Made by a program: the position numbers and the translations under genes. Below the pieces are notes generated by a model, which was not told the origin of the DNA, ran no database searches, and saw only the letters and a program-made list of their open reading frames with translations. 64,000 nt of DNA from IMG/VR virus record IMGVR_UViG_3300046703_000335, positions 62,001 through 126,000 of that record. One strand, written 5' to 3'. This document shows, in pieces, positions 35,944 through 46,734 of this stretch (positions are counted from its first letter, which is position 1; every line of letters begins with the position of its first letter).

Positions 35944-36591
35944 CTACACCAGTACATCAAAGGGGATGTAAATATCCCAGTTTATACCTGTCATGCCTTT
36001 AAGTCCCTTATCCCCTAATTTTGCATTAACTAAAGGCCCTGAGCTACCTGTTCCTCCCACATAACCTGTATATCCTTTGAATCCCCTTAACCCTGTTATC
36101 CCTATCATCCCAGTTTCTCCGGATATGATACTATCTTCTCCTACAATTCCCTTAAGATTTTTATCTGCAATATTACCTGTACCTGAAAAGAAAATAATAT
36201 TCTCGTTCTTTACTGGTTTATGCCCGTAGATGATATCTAATGTACCATCTTGAACAAGAATCAATCCTATAAGAGGTAACGCAGTAAAAGTATCCGGGGG
36301 TGGTACTGCAGATAGAGTAGTAAAAAGAACATGAGTACCCTCAAGTACTGTTACCCCATTATTTGGATCTAAACAAATAAGGAGATATACTGCATAATTT
36401 CTGTCTTTAAAAAATCTTGTTCTATTTCCGACTACGACACTTGTGATATAATCTCTGATTTTAAAAATAGTTCCGGAAAAATTGATCCAGGCATTATCTA
36501 TGACGAAAGAACCTGCATTAATACGAATAGCATCGTTTGATAATATAGGAATAGATTCTGCTGATATTTTTTCTGATTTTTGTTTTAACAT
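35944..36591 (-). CDS. collagen-like (G-x-T) virion protein
   Basis: ATG 36591 with GAGG RBS (track start 36681 overlaps the upstream gene); GSFVIDNAWI/PLIGLILVQDG parallel GSVIVDNKWI/PLILVKLQQDG of 35266; Gly-x-Thr repeats. Confidence 0.75.
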   Translation of the reverse strand: MLKQKSEKISAESIPILSNDAIRINAGSFVIDNAWINFSGTIFKIRDYITSVVVGNRTRFFKDRNYAVYLLICLDPNNGVTVLEGTHVLFTTLSAVPPPDTFTALPLIGLILVQDGTLDIIYGHKPVKNENIIFFSGTGNIADKNLKGIVGEDSIISGETGMIGITGLRGFKGYTGYVGGTGSSGPLVNAKLGDKGLKGMTGINWDIYIPFDVLV

Positions 36592-36634
36592 AAAATGCCT
36601 CTTAATACGAAATTTATAGTATAAAAATGATCCA

Positions 36635-38833
36635 TTATATTTTATATTTAATCTTAATCCCGACATTATTACGAGAAGCATTTACTTTATCACTTAAATA
36701 CATTAATATATCAGGTTCCGGGGCAATATCAGGTGTAGCTATCCCAGAAACAATAATATAGTGGACTTTTGTTTCTGAATCACTATTGAAAGAGCTACTG
36801 GCAACTAAAGTAACCGTATACTCTCCAGGTGAGCTATAAAAATGTATAGGATTTTGTTCTGTTGAAAAATGAGAATCTCCAAAATCCCAATACCAGGATG
36901 AGATATTACCTTTTGATAGGTCAATAAATTGAGCTGATAAAGTTGAATATCCCGTCCTTGGTTCTGCAAAGAAATCTGCAGTAGAAAATACCGTTATATA
37001 ATTAGTTTTTGTCTCAGTATCACTTGCTTCACTATTATAGGCTATTAAAGTTACTGTGTAATTATTTGCATCTGTATATATATGCACTGGATTCTGTAGA
37101 GTAGAATGAAGGGAACCATCCCCAAAATCCCAATCCCAGAAAGTAGGCTCACCTAATGACTGATCTGTAAAATGCACTGTTAAATCTGCTGGGCCTACCT
37201 GGTTATTAGATGAAAAATCTGCTACCATATCAACTGATATATCGTGGGCGACAGTAGCTTCATTAGTCCCATCATTAACAATTAATATAACTGTATGTAC
37301 TCCAGCTTGAGTATACACATGAATGGGATTTTGATCTGTAGAATGAGAAGAGCCATCACCAAAGTTCCAATTCCATGATATAGGATGACCTAATGATTGA
37401 TCTGTAAATTGCACTAATAAGTTAGCAGGCCCTGATGAGGGGGTGCTAATAAAATCAGCTATTAGTGGGGGTGCTACGGTGATATAGTCGGGTTTTGTTT
37501 CAGTTGATGTGGAATAGCCATCTGAAACAATTAAAGAGACAGTATATATACCCGCATTTGTATAGCTATGAGCGGGATTTTCTATAAAAGAATGAGGAGT
37601 GGCATCCCCAAAATTCCAATCCCAAGTTGTAGGAGTACCAAAGGATGTGTCCGTAAATTGTACCGGGACACCCCCGGCAACTGATGTAGGTATACCATAA
37701 AAGTCTGCGAGTACAGATGCAGATATAGTTATGTAATCAGGTTTTATTAGTGTGTCGTATTCAGTCATACTATGGGCAATTAAAGTAACTGTATACGTCC
37801 CTGGAGTGAGATAGATATGTGTGGGATTTTGAGCTGTAGAATGAAGGGATCCATCCCCAAAATCCCAGTCCCAGGAGGTAATTGTCCCGGTAGGTATACT
37901 TATATCAGTAAAAGATATAATATTACCTGTAAAAGCAGATAGAGGTGCACCATAAAACCCTACCAAGATAGAAAGTGTTATCTGTTCATTTCCTGACCAA
38001 GGAGACAAAAGTAACAAAGAGCTATTTACCGATCTCACTCTATAATAATATGTCCCGGTAGCAAGAACAAAATCAGAGATAGCTATAAGAGGGGTAGATA
38101 TTGATACAGGTAATGGGAATGTTGGATTAGTATCCCTATCGATAATATAGCTATCAGCGTCTACAACAGCATTCCAACTTAAAGATATCTCATTTGTATC
38201 CCCTACTTGAGATACATTAAGATTTAAGGGGGTAGCAAGAGTATAACTCTCAATATAAACATTTGGTGGTGATGCTACATCTAAATAAGTTATCTCAAGA
38301 GCAGTCCTGTCACTATAAGAATAGATATCAAATTGATTTAATCGAGAACCCCCCCAATTTAGGTCACCTAATACTGGAGGATCTGATAATCTTATATTCT
38401 CGTACCCAATTGATTTAAATTCATTTGTATTATATAGAGCAGCTATTCTTACTGGTGACAAATTACTTATAAAAACACTAATAGAATTTATATCAGTAGT
38501 GATATTTAATTTAGAATATGTAAGTACTGGTATGGAAGCTGTATAGGGCTCAAATTCATATAAGGACAAATTATCTTGGAGATCTACTATCCATACCCAA
38601 AGTCTATTTGAATCTATAGATAGATCCAAATTTAAAGCAGCAGTAAGTACGTAACTTTTTACAATTAAAGCATCTAACTCATGACGAGAACCACCGTACT
38701 CTTTTAAAAATAATCTACTATACCCTAATTGTAAAGTCCATAGAGTACCCTTAGCAAGTATACCTTGAGGCTGGGATTCAATTCCCAAGGTACTTGCAGG
38801 ATATTCAATTCTATCAGATGATGGTATACTCAT
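36635..38833 (-). CDS. FN3 plus 5x PKD domain virion surface protein
   Basis: LSWNAV...YYYRVRSVN (FN3); five ADF...F.D.S...W.W(D/N)FGD...QNP.H.Y..G.YTV.L units. Confidence 0.88.
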   Translation of the reverse strand: MSIPSSDRIEYPASTLGIESQPQGILAKGTLWTLQLGYSRLFLKEYGGSRHELDALIVKSYVLTAALNLDLSIDSNRLWVWIVDLQDNLSLYEFEPYTASIPVLTYSKLNITTDINSISVFISNLSPVRIAALYNTNEFKSIGYENIRLSDPPVLGDLNWGGSRLNQFDIYSYSDRTALEITYLDVASPPNVYIESYTLATPLNLNVSQVGDTNEISLSWNAVVDADSYIIDRDTNPTFPLPVSISTPLIAISDFVLATGTYYYRVRSVNSSLLLLSPWSGNEQITLSILVGFYGAPLSAFTGNIISFTDISIPTGTITSWDWDFGDGSLHSTAQNPTHIYLTPGTYTVTLIAHSMTEYDTLIKPDYITISASVLADFYGIPTSVAGGVPVQFTDTSFGTPTTWDWNFGDATPHSFIENPAHSYTNAGIYTVSLIVSDGYSTSTETKPDYITVAPPLIADFISTPSSGPANLLVQFTDQSLGHPISWNWNFGDGSSHSTDQNPIHVYTQAGVHTVILIVNDGTNEATVAHDISVDMVADFSSNNQVGPADLTVHFTDQSLGEPTFWDWDFGDGSLHSTLQNPVHIYTDANNYTVTLIAYNSEASDTETKTNYITVFSTADFFAEPRTGYSTLSAQFIDLSKGNISSWYWDFGDSHFSTEQNPIHFYSSPGEYTVTLVASSSFNSDSETKVHYIIVSGIATPDIAPEPDILMYLSDKVNASRNNVGIKIKYKI

Positions 38834-38834
38834 A

Positions 38835-41800
38835 TTATGCTGTAAATTGAGTATAAGTATATGTTAATGTCATGCTTTTACCTGCATCCGCTGAATTAAA
38901 GAAAAAATCCCCGCTATTTGTAGAGAAGTACGTACCAGCTGTAGGAGTGATAGCATAGAAGAATACACTACTTCCAAATAACCCTGTTGTACCTATATCT
39001 ATATAAATACCCCCCAGAGCATTTACATATGTAGTAGCTAATCTAATTGTGGTAGTATTATAATTAATAGCATAATATGTTTTTCCTTCTTCAAGAGGAT
39101 AATAAAGAGAACCAGGCGTTGTAGTAGTTGAAGAGGAATATAATGTTACTGGAGTCCCTGTAGGTATATTTGCCGCCATTGCTACTAAATCTGTTGCGGG
39201 AGTTATAGAAGCTGTTCTTTGAGTGGGTGCATACTGCGTATATGCCGTAATTCCTTCATATACTTCAGTAGTATAATCAGAAATATCGATATCTCTAAAA
39301 TTTGGATCTGATGCTTCCGGAATAGTAATCTTATATGGTACGGATACCGATATAGAAGCGCTATAACCCGTAACCACTATAGCCTTACAAAAAAATTGTT
39401 TAGCCTTCCATTGCAATGTTTGTAGATTGTCTTTTATTTGATAAGGACCATGTACAATATTAAAACTTTCATTTAATACAAATTGAGTATCCCAAGAAGA
39501 GCCCGTAGCATTATTAAAATCCACTGTTAACCCATTAACTAATGTATGTGTAGCTGTTTTAGGAATTTCTCTTGGAGTACTAACACTCTTAACCCATGCA
39601 GACCCATCCCACCCATAAGATATTGGATTTGGAAATTTAGGGACAAATAGCATACTATTCCAAATAAAAATATTATTATCATTTCCATCTACGTCTATTT
39701 TACCCCTACGTAAAGCACCCAATGACCACCCAAAATAAATTGATAGATATCCAGTTGAGCTACCTGTAGACAAACCCTGGACCGAAGAATTACCTACACC
39801 TATTGTATAGGTTTCGAGAGTAACATAATATCCTGATGAGCTTTCTAAATAAATCATAAAAAATTTAGTACTACTAAGTTGAACATAGTGACTTATGGTA
39901 TGACCCACATTAATACTTTTAGCAAATGTTTCTACCTGTGAATAAGAGCCTGTTCCTTTACCGGTAACTGTGACAGTATATATAAAAGTAGCATTAGCCG
40001 TAGAAAAAATAATATTTGAAGTACCAGTAACTAAAGCACAGCTATAGCAAGTTATAGCTATTCGATACCATCCTATACCATCATCCAACACCCAAGCATT
40101 ATCATTAACTTGACCATAAGCATCCCCTCCCTTAAGTACTCTCCCATTATAGGCATCTAATTGACCAGCACCTATATCATAGTATGTGGCGACCATACCT
40201 TCTAAAGCTTGCCCTACGCCACTAATATATTGTGTAGCTGTTAAGGTACTTATATTTATTCTTGATAAGCCTGTTGCATGCCCAGTCCATAAATATCCTG
40301 TGATAGGATCCATGCACATATCTTTTATTACAGAAGATATCATACCTGTGATGGTAAGTAAAACTGGATCTACAGTAGGTGTTGCAAAAGTATATTCATA
40401 GATGCCATCATTAGTAGCTATATACATCTTTAATGCTGTGTATACAGAAGATATTACTTTAGTAGATCCATTACCAAATTTACATAAAGCTTGTGATGTC
40501 TCAATTGTATTAAATGCCCACCGACATATATTATTAATTAGTCCTTTTCTACTTTGCTGTATGGAATAAATATAATTGCCATTTTTAGCTGTACCTCGTA
40601 GCATAGACGCAGATCCTAATAGATTATTATAAAAATAAAATTCATTACCTATAACTGTATTAGTATTAGAAACATAATCCCCTTCAGCGTATTCGTTAGT
40701 ACTACTTAAATAAAGAGGCATAACATAACCTGCTATATCTACAGCCATGCTCAAATTATTTAGTACTGTAAAATAGGGAATGACAGTAGTATAATTCCAA
40801 GGCTCTAATTCAAGATTATATCTCCCGGTATTTTGACGAGTAAAAGTATGATTACCTAATCCTTGTGTGGTCAGTGTTATATACGTGCCCGCCAAAGCAT
40901 TAGCATATGAAGTAGCTAATCTTATATGTGTACTATCTATACGAATTATATAATAATCTGTAAGTAATGCTAACGGTGAAGGAAGAGTATCAGTAGTAGT
41001 TATCCTATATATATCCCCGGTAGTAAAATCTTGAGCTATGGTAATCTGTGAATTACCTGTATTAACTGCTGTATAGGGGACAGTTTCATTTATTAAATCT
41101 GTAGCATCTCCAGTTTTTGCTATTCTTATTCTAGCAATAACAGGATATTTATTAGTAGGAGTACCTGATATAGTGGCAGTACCTTGAGAGGATGCTGGAA
41201 ATGATGGATCACTAAATAAAAATGCGTCTCTTGTACCTGGGTGTACAAAAATTCTAGCTACTGATGGTGCCAAACTTTTATTTTGAGAATAACCATAGAT
41301 ACTATACATATAACGATTCACTGGGGAACTAATACTCCCATTTCTACCAAACACCGTAGAACCTATAGGCCCAACTATATCAGCTACAGCAAAATTTTTA
41401 AGTATAGCTTTAGATAATCGATGTCCATAATTATAGTATGTGTTCCAATCTGGAAAGTCAGCACCACTAACTTTATATAAATAGTTACAATATCTAGATA
41501 TATTATTAGTATTTTCTGGAGGAAGAAAAGGAGTAAGTATAAAGCAATCAGATTGATCTTTTTGTCCAAAACGAATAATCCTGGTAAGCATCGCCTGTTT
41601 TAAAGCATATTCTACTGATCTATTATTTGGTGTATTATACCCTATGCTAACATCAAGTAAAAAAAACACAGTATACTTGACATATAGGTATTGGTTAGTA
41701 TTTTGGGTAATAGGGGTGGATAGTTGTATGAAAGATACAAAATTAGGAACTGATGTTTCTTGACCCGCAAATTCAAATATTTTAATTCCTATTATATTAA

Positions 41801-42149
41801 TAGTACGTGGGGCTCCAGGAGGAGCGAAGTTATTATCACAATATTTACTAAGGACATTCCAATCGACATTAGATTGATATCCTACAGCAGCACCTGTAGC
41901 AATAATATTAAACATATTAGCTTTACCATACTTACGATAATCATCAGATCCTATAGTGGAATCGGATAATAAGATAGCCATTGTATTTGTGTATACACTA
42001 CTATCGGAACTGCTTACACTATAACCAGTCTTAAATATCCATTCTATAAATACATCTGAAATAATATTCCATTGAGTGCCCTCTTGATCTATCTCACCCG
42101 TATCAGCATTAATTAACTTCCAGTCGTATTTACCTTTAAGTTTAAACAT
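38835..42149 (-). CDS. tail fibre / receptor-binding protein
   Basis: 1104 aa beta-rich; two copies of ..PL....YY.I....T.IRLAT.Y.NAL.G.YI motif; central propeller-like segment (MYIATNDGI, LWTGHATGLSRI). Confidence 0.65.
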   Translation of the reverse strand: MFKLKGKYDWKLINADTGEIDQEGTQWNIISDVFIEWIFKTGYSVSSSDSSVYTNTMAILLSDSTIGSDDYRKYGKANMFNIIATGAAVGYQSNVDWNVLSKYCDNNFAPPGAPRTINIIGIKIFEFAGQETSVPNFVSFIQLSTPITQNTNQYLYVKYTVFFLLDVSIGYNTPNNRSVEYALKQAMLTRIIRFGQKDQSDCFILTPFLPPENTNNISRYCNYLYKVSGADFPDWNTYYNYGHRLSKAILKNFAVADIVGPIGSTVFGRNGSISSPVNRYMYSIYGYSQNKSLAPSVARIFVHPGTRDAFLFSDPSFPASSQGTATISGTPTNKYPVIARIRIAKTGDATDLINETVPYTAVNTGNSQITIAQDFTTGDIYRITTTDTLPSPLALLTDYYIIRIDSTHIRLATSYANALAGTYITLTTQGLGNHTFTRQNTGRYNLELEPWNYTTVIPYFTVLNNLSMAVDIAGYVMPLYLSSTNEYAEGDYVSNTNTVIGNEFYFYNNLLGSASMLRGTAKNGNYIYSIQQSRKGLINNICRWAFNTIETSQALCKFGNGSTKVISSVYTALKMYIATNDGIYEYTFATPTVDPVLLTITGMISSVIKDMCMDPITGYLWTGHATGLSRINISTLTATQYISGVGQALEGMVATYYDIGAGQLDAYNGRVLKGGDAYGQVNDNAWVLDDGIGWYRIAITCYSCALVTGTSNIIFSTANATFIYTVTVTGKGTGSYSQVETFAKSINVGHTISHYVQLSSTKFFMIYLESSSGYYVTLETYTIGVGNSSVQGLSTGSSTGYLSIYFGWSLGALRRGKIDVDGNDNNIFIWNSMLFVPKFPNPISYGWDGSAWVKSVSTPREIPKTATHTLVNGLTVDFNNATGSSWDTQFVLNESFNIVHGPYQIKDNLQTLQWKAKQFFCKAIVVTGYSASISVSVPYKITIPEASDPNFRDIDISDYTTEVYEGITAYTQYAPTQRTASITPATDLVAMAANIPTGTPVTLYSSSTTTTPGSLYYPLEEGKTYYAINYNTTTIRLATTYVNALGGIYIDIGTTGLFGSSVFFYAITPTAGTYFSTNSGDFFFNSADAGKSMTLTYTYTQFTA

Positions 42150-42160
42150 AATCTATTCAC

Positions 42161-43498
42161 CTATGTGTTAGTAATTGTTATATACACTTTATAACCTGAT
42201 GCTATGGCATTAGTTAATGAGTTATCTGATTGAAACGTTTTAGTTTCTTCATACTCAGCCGTCTTTAATAAAGATATTTGATAACCAGAGGCTATGGCAT
42301 TAGTTAATGAGTTATCTGATTGAAATGTTTTAGTTTCTTCATATTCAGCCGTCTTTAATAAAGATACTTGATAACCTGAAGCTAATGCATTAACTATAGA
42401 ATTGTCCTTAGCAGTTACATTGTAAATATTATCAGCTAAGGTAATTAATGCAGGAAAACTAAATATATATATTTGCTGATAATTTACTGGGTCTGTAATA
42501 AATGGCATAGTAAATAAATGAGTATGCACCGTACAACGCAAGTACTTCAAACCAACAGTCCCTATCCAGGGAACAACCCTATATGCAAGATAATATGCAT
42601 TAATGTGCGGAATTGTATATGTAGCTTCTACGGTATAGGTACCAGAATTATATTTAAGTAAATCATATGTGACTTCTCCATATGCATATGGAAGATTAAT
42701 CCCAGCAATATCCGGCAGTATTATATAAGGTTGACTATTTATAAAACAAAAATCAGGAGTATTTAAAGGATATTCATTACTTGTAAGTAAATTATAAGAT
42801 GTGTATCCCGCAGATAAAGCAACTACAACAGAATTTTCAGGATCATTATTTAAAGTAATGTTACTTACTGAAATATTTATATTAGGTAAATAATCCCATG
42901 TTAATTCATTAGTGGGATCAAACATACGGATATAACTAATACTGTCTTTTTTATAGGACAAATATATTTTATTGGTACTTACATCATAATATGCTTCGGG
43001 TTCTTCCCCGGTATTTAATCGATATTCATAATCATCCCATACCCAATTAGACCCTGATAATATCTGCTTTCTTATATAGACATAATACCCCGTATGTTCA
43101 ACCTCTTCAATTCTTGTAATAGATGAATTACCTGATTGTACATATGCCAATACAATAAAAGTAGCAGCTTGAGCCATAGTCAAGATATTAGCAATATGCA
43201 ATATACCAACATTATCAGAATAAACTACCTGATAGGTATTAGGAGAGGCAGTTAATGTACCAGCTCCCCATGTAACAGAAGACCCATTAATAGTCCCTGA
43301 ACCAGCTTCAATATTTACTATAAAAGAGGGGGCTGTAAATGTTATACGAGAAAAGGAACTTTTTCCTGTAGTTAAAAATTTTGTATAAAAAATCATTTGC
43401 TGCCCAGTAGGCCCTACTATGATACTAGGATGACTATCAGGTCTCCTGTTATCCGTATCAAAAGTGATCTTTTGAGTTGTAGAAGGTAGATATGCCAT
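42161..43498 (-). CDS. virion structural protein with C-terminal 30-aa tandem repeats
   Basis: 445 aa; DNS..NA.ASGYQ.SLLKTAEYEETKTFQS about 2.5 times. Confidence 0.7.
   Translation of the reverse strand: MAYLPSTTQKITFDTDNRRPDSHPSIIVGPTGQQMIFYTKFLTTGKSSFSRITFTAPSFIVNIEAGSGTINGSSVTWGAGTLTASPNTYQVVYSDNVGILHIANILTMAQAATFIVLAYVQSGNSSITRIEEVEHTGYYVYIRKQILSGSNWVWDDYEYRLNTGEEPEAYYDVSTNKIYLSYKKDSISYIRMFDPTNELTWDYLPNINISVSNITLNNDPENSVVVALSAGYTSYNLLTSNEYPLNTPDFCFINSQPYIILPDIAGINLPYAYGEVTYDLLKYNSGTYTVEATYTIPHINAYYLAYRVVPWIGTVGLKYLRCTVHTHLFTMPFITDPVNYQQIYIFSFPALITLADNIYNVTAKDNSIVNALASGYQVSLLKTAEYEETKTFQSDNSLTNAIASGYQISLLKTAEYEETKTFQSDNSLTNAIASGYKVYITITNT
42191..42405. repeat. 90-nt in-frame tandem repeat (about 2.4 copies)
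   Basis: Units start ataacc at 42191, 42281 and 42371; near-identical DNA. Confidence 0.9.
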
Positions 43499-43555
43499 AG
43501 ATATTTTACCAAAGCACTAAATTTTTATTATTACAAGCCCTATAAACTATATACT

Positions 43556-43567
43556 AATAGATTATTA
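43556..43567 (-). promoter_or_regulatory. putative late promoter motif TAATAATCTATT
   Basis: One mismatch to the motif; intergenic before 42161-43498. Confidence 0.5.
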
Positions 43568-43580
43568 TATTAAGGGATAA

Positions 43581-43910
43581 TTAATCGAATATAAGCGAGG
43601 GACCTTGAACCCTGGTAAATCCTCCTCCATTTTCAATTGTAGAAGAGATCTCTGAAGTATTCTGCGTAGCAATAGTTATATACTGCGCTTTAGAAATTGA
43701 GTCATTCAATAACCCTTCATAGGCAATAAGAGACACAGTATAATTACCATAATAGTTGTATGTATGTGAAGGATTCTGATCCGTTGAATGTGGGCTACCA
43801 TCCCCAAAATCCCAATCCCACGAAGTTATCTCTCCAATAGAAAGATCAGTAAATTGGACGGTAAAAGGGATATAACCAGAAGTTTTATCAGCAGTGAAAT
43901 TTGCAACCAT
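43581..43910 (-). CDS. single-PKD-domain protein
   Basis: ANF...VQFTDLS...WDWDFGDGS..STDQNPSHTY; C-terminal GGGFTRVQGPSLIFD. Confidence 0.88.
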   Translation of the reverse strand: MVANFTADKTSGYIPFTVQFTDLSIGEITSWDWDFGDGSPHSTDQNPSHTYNYYGNYTVSLIAYEGLLNDSISKAQYITIATQNTSEISSTIENGGGFTRVQGPSLIFD

Positions 43911-43919
43911 GATATACTT

Positions 43920-46331
43920 TCAATCGAATATTAAAGTGGGACCCAATTCTCTTACAAATCCAGTCCCGGATTCTTCTAACCTAATATTTATGTAGTGTTC
44001 TTTTATTACTCTATTATAGGTAATACCATCCGAGACTGTCAATATAACTGTATAAATTCCCTGACTATAATAAGCATGCACAGGATTCTGATCCGTAGAA
44101 TGAGAAGAACCATCCCCGAAATCCCAATCCCAAATAGAAACAATCCCAATAGATAAATCTGTAAATTGTATAGGAGTACTTATAAATCCTATTCTTGGGT
44201 CACCTATAAAATCAGCAACAATATTTCCGGATACATAAATATAATCTATTTTTGTCTCAGAATCGCTACTCGAAGTATTTGAAGCTGTTAAACTAACTGT
44301 ATAGTATCCTGCTACCGTATATAAATGAATAGGATTCTGATCCGTAGAATGAAGAGATCCATCACCAAAATCCCAATCCCACGAAGTAGGACCACCTATA
44401 GATAAATCTGTAAATTGTACAGACATTCCTGGAACACCACTTCTGGGGATAGCTGAAAAATCAGATAGCATATTTACAGTTATATATCCAGGTTTTGTAA
44501 TAGTATCTGAAGTAACCCCACGAGTACTTATCAAAGTAACCGAATAAACTCCTGCTATCTCATACAGATGGGTAGGATTCTGGTCCGTAGAATGAAGAGA
44601 ACCATCTCCGAAATCCCAATCCCAACTTGTAGGATCACCTATAGATAAATCTGTAAATTGTACTGAAAGTTCTGCGAAACCTGATGTTATATCAGCGCTA
44701 AAATCTGCTACAATTATTATTGTGGACTCTGTCTCATAAGCACCCATATCTGGAGGTGATTTTCTTAGAATGCCTATGATATCATCAATAGGGGTATTCG
44801 CGTTAATTAACCCTGTCGCATAAGATGGGGAAGTATTTAGGAGTCTCAGTGGATAAGGGGGAACTCCTTCAAACTGAGGATTTGCAGTTATTTCTGTTGG
44901 ATCAAGTGCTATTGGGTCACCATTATTCGCGTAATTGTATCCTGCAGCATTATTGTTACTATGAATAAATGTATGTATGTTGCTTGGATTTTCAATATAT
45001 AGATCAAGATACAATCCTAATCCTGAATCAACGATATTATTGAAAATTAAAAATGATTCAATGTAACCACTTGAATCATCCGCATAAACATAAACTGCAT
45101 TTGTGCTTGCACCCAGATTATAAAAAGTATTGTTAATAACATTTACATTCATTATCTCAGAATAATACTCAATATCCATGCAAGTGAAATCTGTTGCATT
45201 ATTCATAAAAACATTATTAAATATATTAACAAATCCTGGGCAATTATCTACAATAAAATACATCACCCCATCAAAAGTATTTTTATAGACACTGATTGGA
45301 ACAATTGTACCAGATATTGTTATACTTGATGTCCCCGTATTACTTACAAATTGATTATTTCTTATCGAAATAGATTCTGTACAACCACCATCTATATAAA
45401 TTGGGTCACTAAAATTTCTGAAAGTATTATCATAGATATCTTTTAAAGGATTGATAAAGGATTGGTATGCAGTCTGATTAAGTCCTTCTATATCTAAATT
45501 TCGGGGAGTTAATCCTACGAATGCCTCAGAATGAAGACTCCATGATTTCTGACTCCCATAACTGGTTATGATAGCGCCATTAAAATTAAAACCATTATAT
45601 ATCTTGTCACCATTAACTACTGTAGGTTCTGTGATAGTTGAAGATACATATATAACATCTGAATTGATAATGTCTGTATTATAGCTTCTCCCTACAGCGC
45701 CAACTTCCTCACTTACAACTACAGTACCATCAGGGGAGGGGTTCACCTCGTATATTGCAATTTTAGGTGGTGTTCCTAATGCAAATAAACTTGACCAACT
45801 ATTAACACTATGGGTATCCGTAGCATATTTAGTGCCGTCCACATAAAATTCTATAGTTGTCGCAGTAATCAAAAAAGTATATAACCGGCTTACTCCTGAA
45901 GTAAATTTAGGAAATGTGGCTAATACCGTAGCTCCCTTAAGTATCTGGCATGTGTAGGGTATTACTGGATTACCTGGGAGTAAATCTGCTGATGAGATAG
46001 TACTAAAAGAATAGTTCCCCAAATAAAAACGTGTTGGACCAAATACTGTACCTGATGTAGCTACATAGAATCCAGGAAAAATCGCATAAGTAGTAAGGTC
46101 TTTTTGTGTAATTGTGCAGCTTATCGCAACAGCTTGATCTATAATTGGAAATGGAGGAATCCGTACAGGACTGAAAGTTACATCATAACTGGTATTAGTA
46201 ACAGTTACATTTATAGGTGTAAATTCATAACCTTGTAATTGCTTGGCTAACCTGTTAAGTGATAATGCTGCATTTTCTTCAGTATTATATGGGAAAGTCT
46301 CCGTACCAGTATCTTTTATATAATAAGCCAT
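43920..46331 (-). CDS. parallel beta-helix (pectin-lyase-like) plus 3x PKD protein
   Basis: IRNNQF/VYKNTF/IFNNVF/VINNTF/IFNNIV helix repeats, PDMGAYE cap, three PKD units; C-terminal GTGFVRELGPTLIFD. Confidence 0.85.
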   Translation of the reverse strand: MAYYIKDTGTETFPYNTEENAALSLNRLAKQLQGYEFTPINVTVTNTSYDVTFSPVRIPPFPIIDQAVAISCTITQKDLTTYAIFPGFYVATSGTVFGPTRFYLGNYSFSTISSADLLPGNPVIPYTCQILKGATVLATFPKFTSGVSRLYTFLITATTIEFYVDGTKYATDTHSVNSWSSLFALGTPPKIAIYEVNPSPDGTVVVSEEVGAVGRSYNTDIINSDVIYVSSTITEPTVVNGDKIYNGFNFNGAIITSYGSQKSWSLHSEAFVGLTPRNLDIEGLNQTAYQSFINPLKDIYDNTFRNFSDPIYIDGGCTESISIRNNQFVSNTGTSSITISGTIVPISVYKNTFDGVMYFIVDNCPGFVNIFNNVFMNNATDFTCMDIEYYSEIMNVNVINNTFYNLGASTNAVYVYADDSSGYIESFLIFNNIVDSGLGLYLDLYIENPSNIHTFIHSNNNAAGYNYANNGDPIALDPTEITANPQFEGVPPYPLRLLNTSPSYATGLINANTPIDDIIGILRKSPPDMGAYETESTIIIVADFSADITSGFAELSVQFTDLSIGDPTSWDWDFGDGSLHSTDQNPTHLYEIAGVYSVTLISTRGVTSDTITKPGYITVNMLSDFSAIPRSGVPGMSVQFTDLSIGGPTSWDWDFGDGSLHSTDQNPIHLYTVAGYYTVSLTASNTSSSDSETKIDYIYVSGNIVADFIGDPRIGFISTPIQFTDLSIGIVSIWDWDFGDGSSHSTDQNPVHAYYSQGIYTVILTVSDGITYNRVIKEHYINIRLEESGTGFVRELGPTLIFD

Positions 46332-46355
46332 TAAATTTGCACCAATCTTAAATTT

Positions 46356-46709
46356 TTATCTTGTCACTCTTTTTATCTCTATCCCAACATTCCTTTTGTT
46401 AACAATACCTATACCCCATAAATACACTTTTTGTTGCAGTATCGGCGCTATATCATATGTAGCACTACTATTAACTTGGATATAGCCATTTTTTACTGTT
46501 GTATTTTGATCCCCTGTATAAGATATAGTTAATGTTACTGTATATATCCCTGGATGAGAATAATAGTGTGTTGGATTTCTTTCTGAAGAAAAATGTTTAT
46601 CCCCAAAGTTCCATAACCAATTTTCAATAATACCTGTGGAATTATCTATAAAATGCACAGTTAACGTTGATGTGCCATTTCTTGGGGAACCTGTAAAATC
46701 AGCCTGCAT
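46356..46709 (-). CDS. single-PKD-domain protein
   Basis: ADF...VHFIDNS...WLWNFGD...NPTHYY..PG.YTVTL. Confidence 0.88.
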   Translation of the reverse strand: MQADFTGSPRNGTSTLTVHFIDNSTGIIENWLWNFGDKHFSSERNPTHYYSHPGIYTVTLTISYTGDQNTTVKNGYIQVNSSATYDIAPILQQKVYLWGIGIVNKRNVGIEIKRVTR

Positions 46710-46734
46710 AAAAAGTCATCTCATTTGAAGTTTT

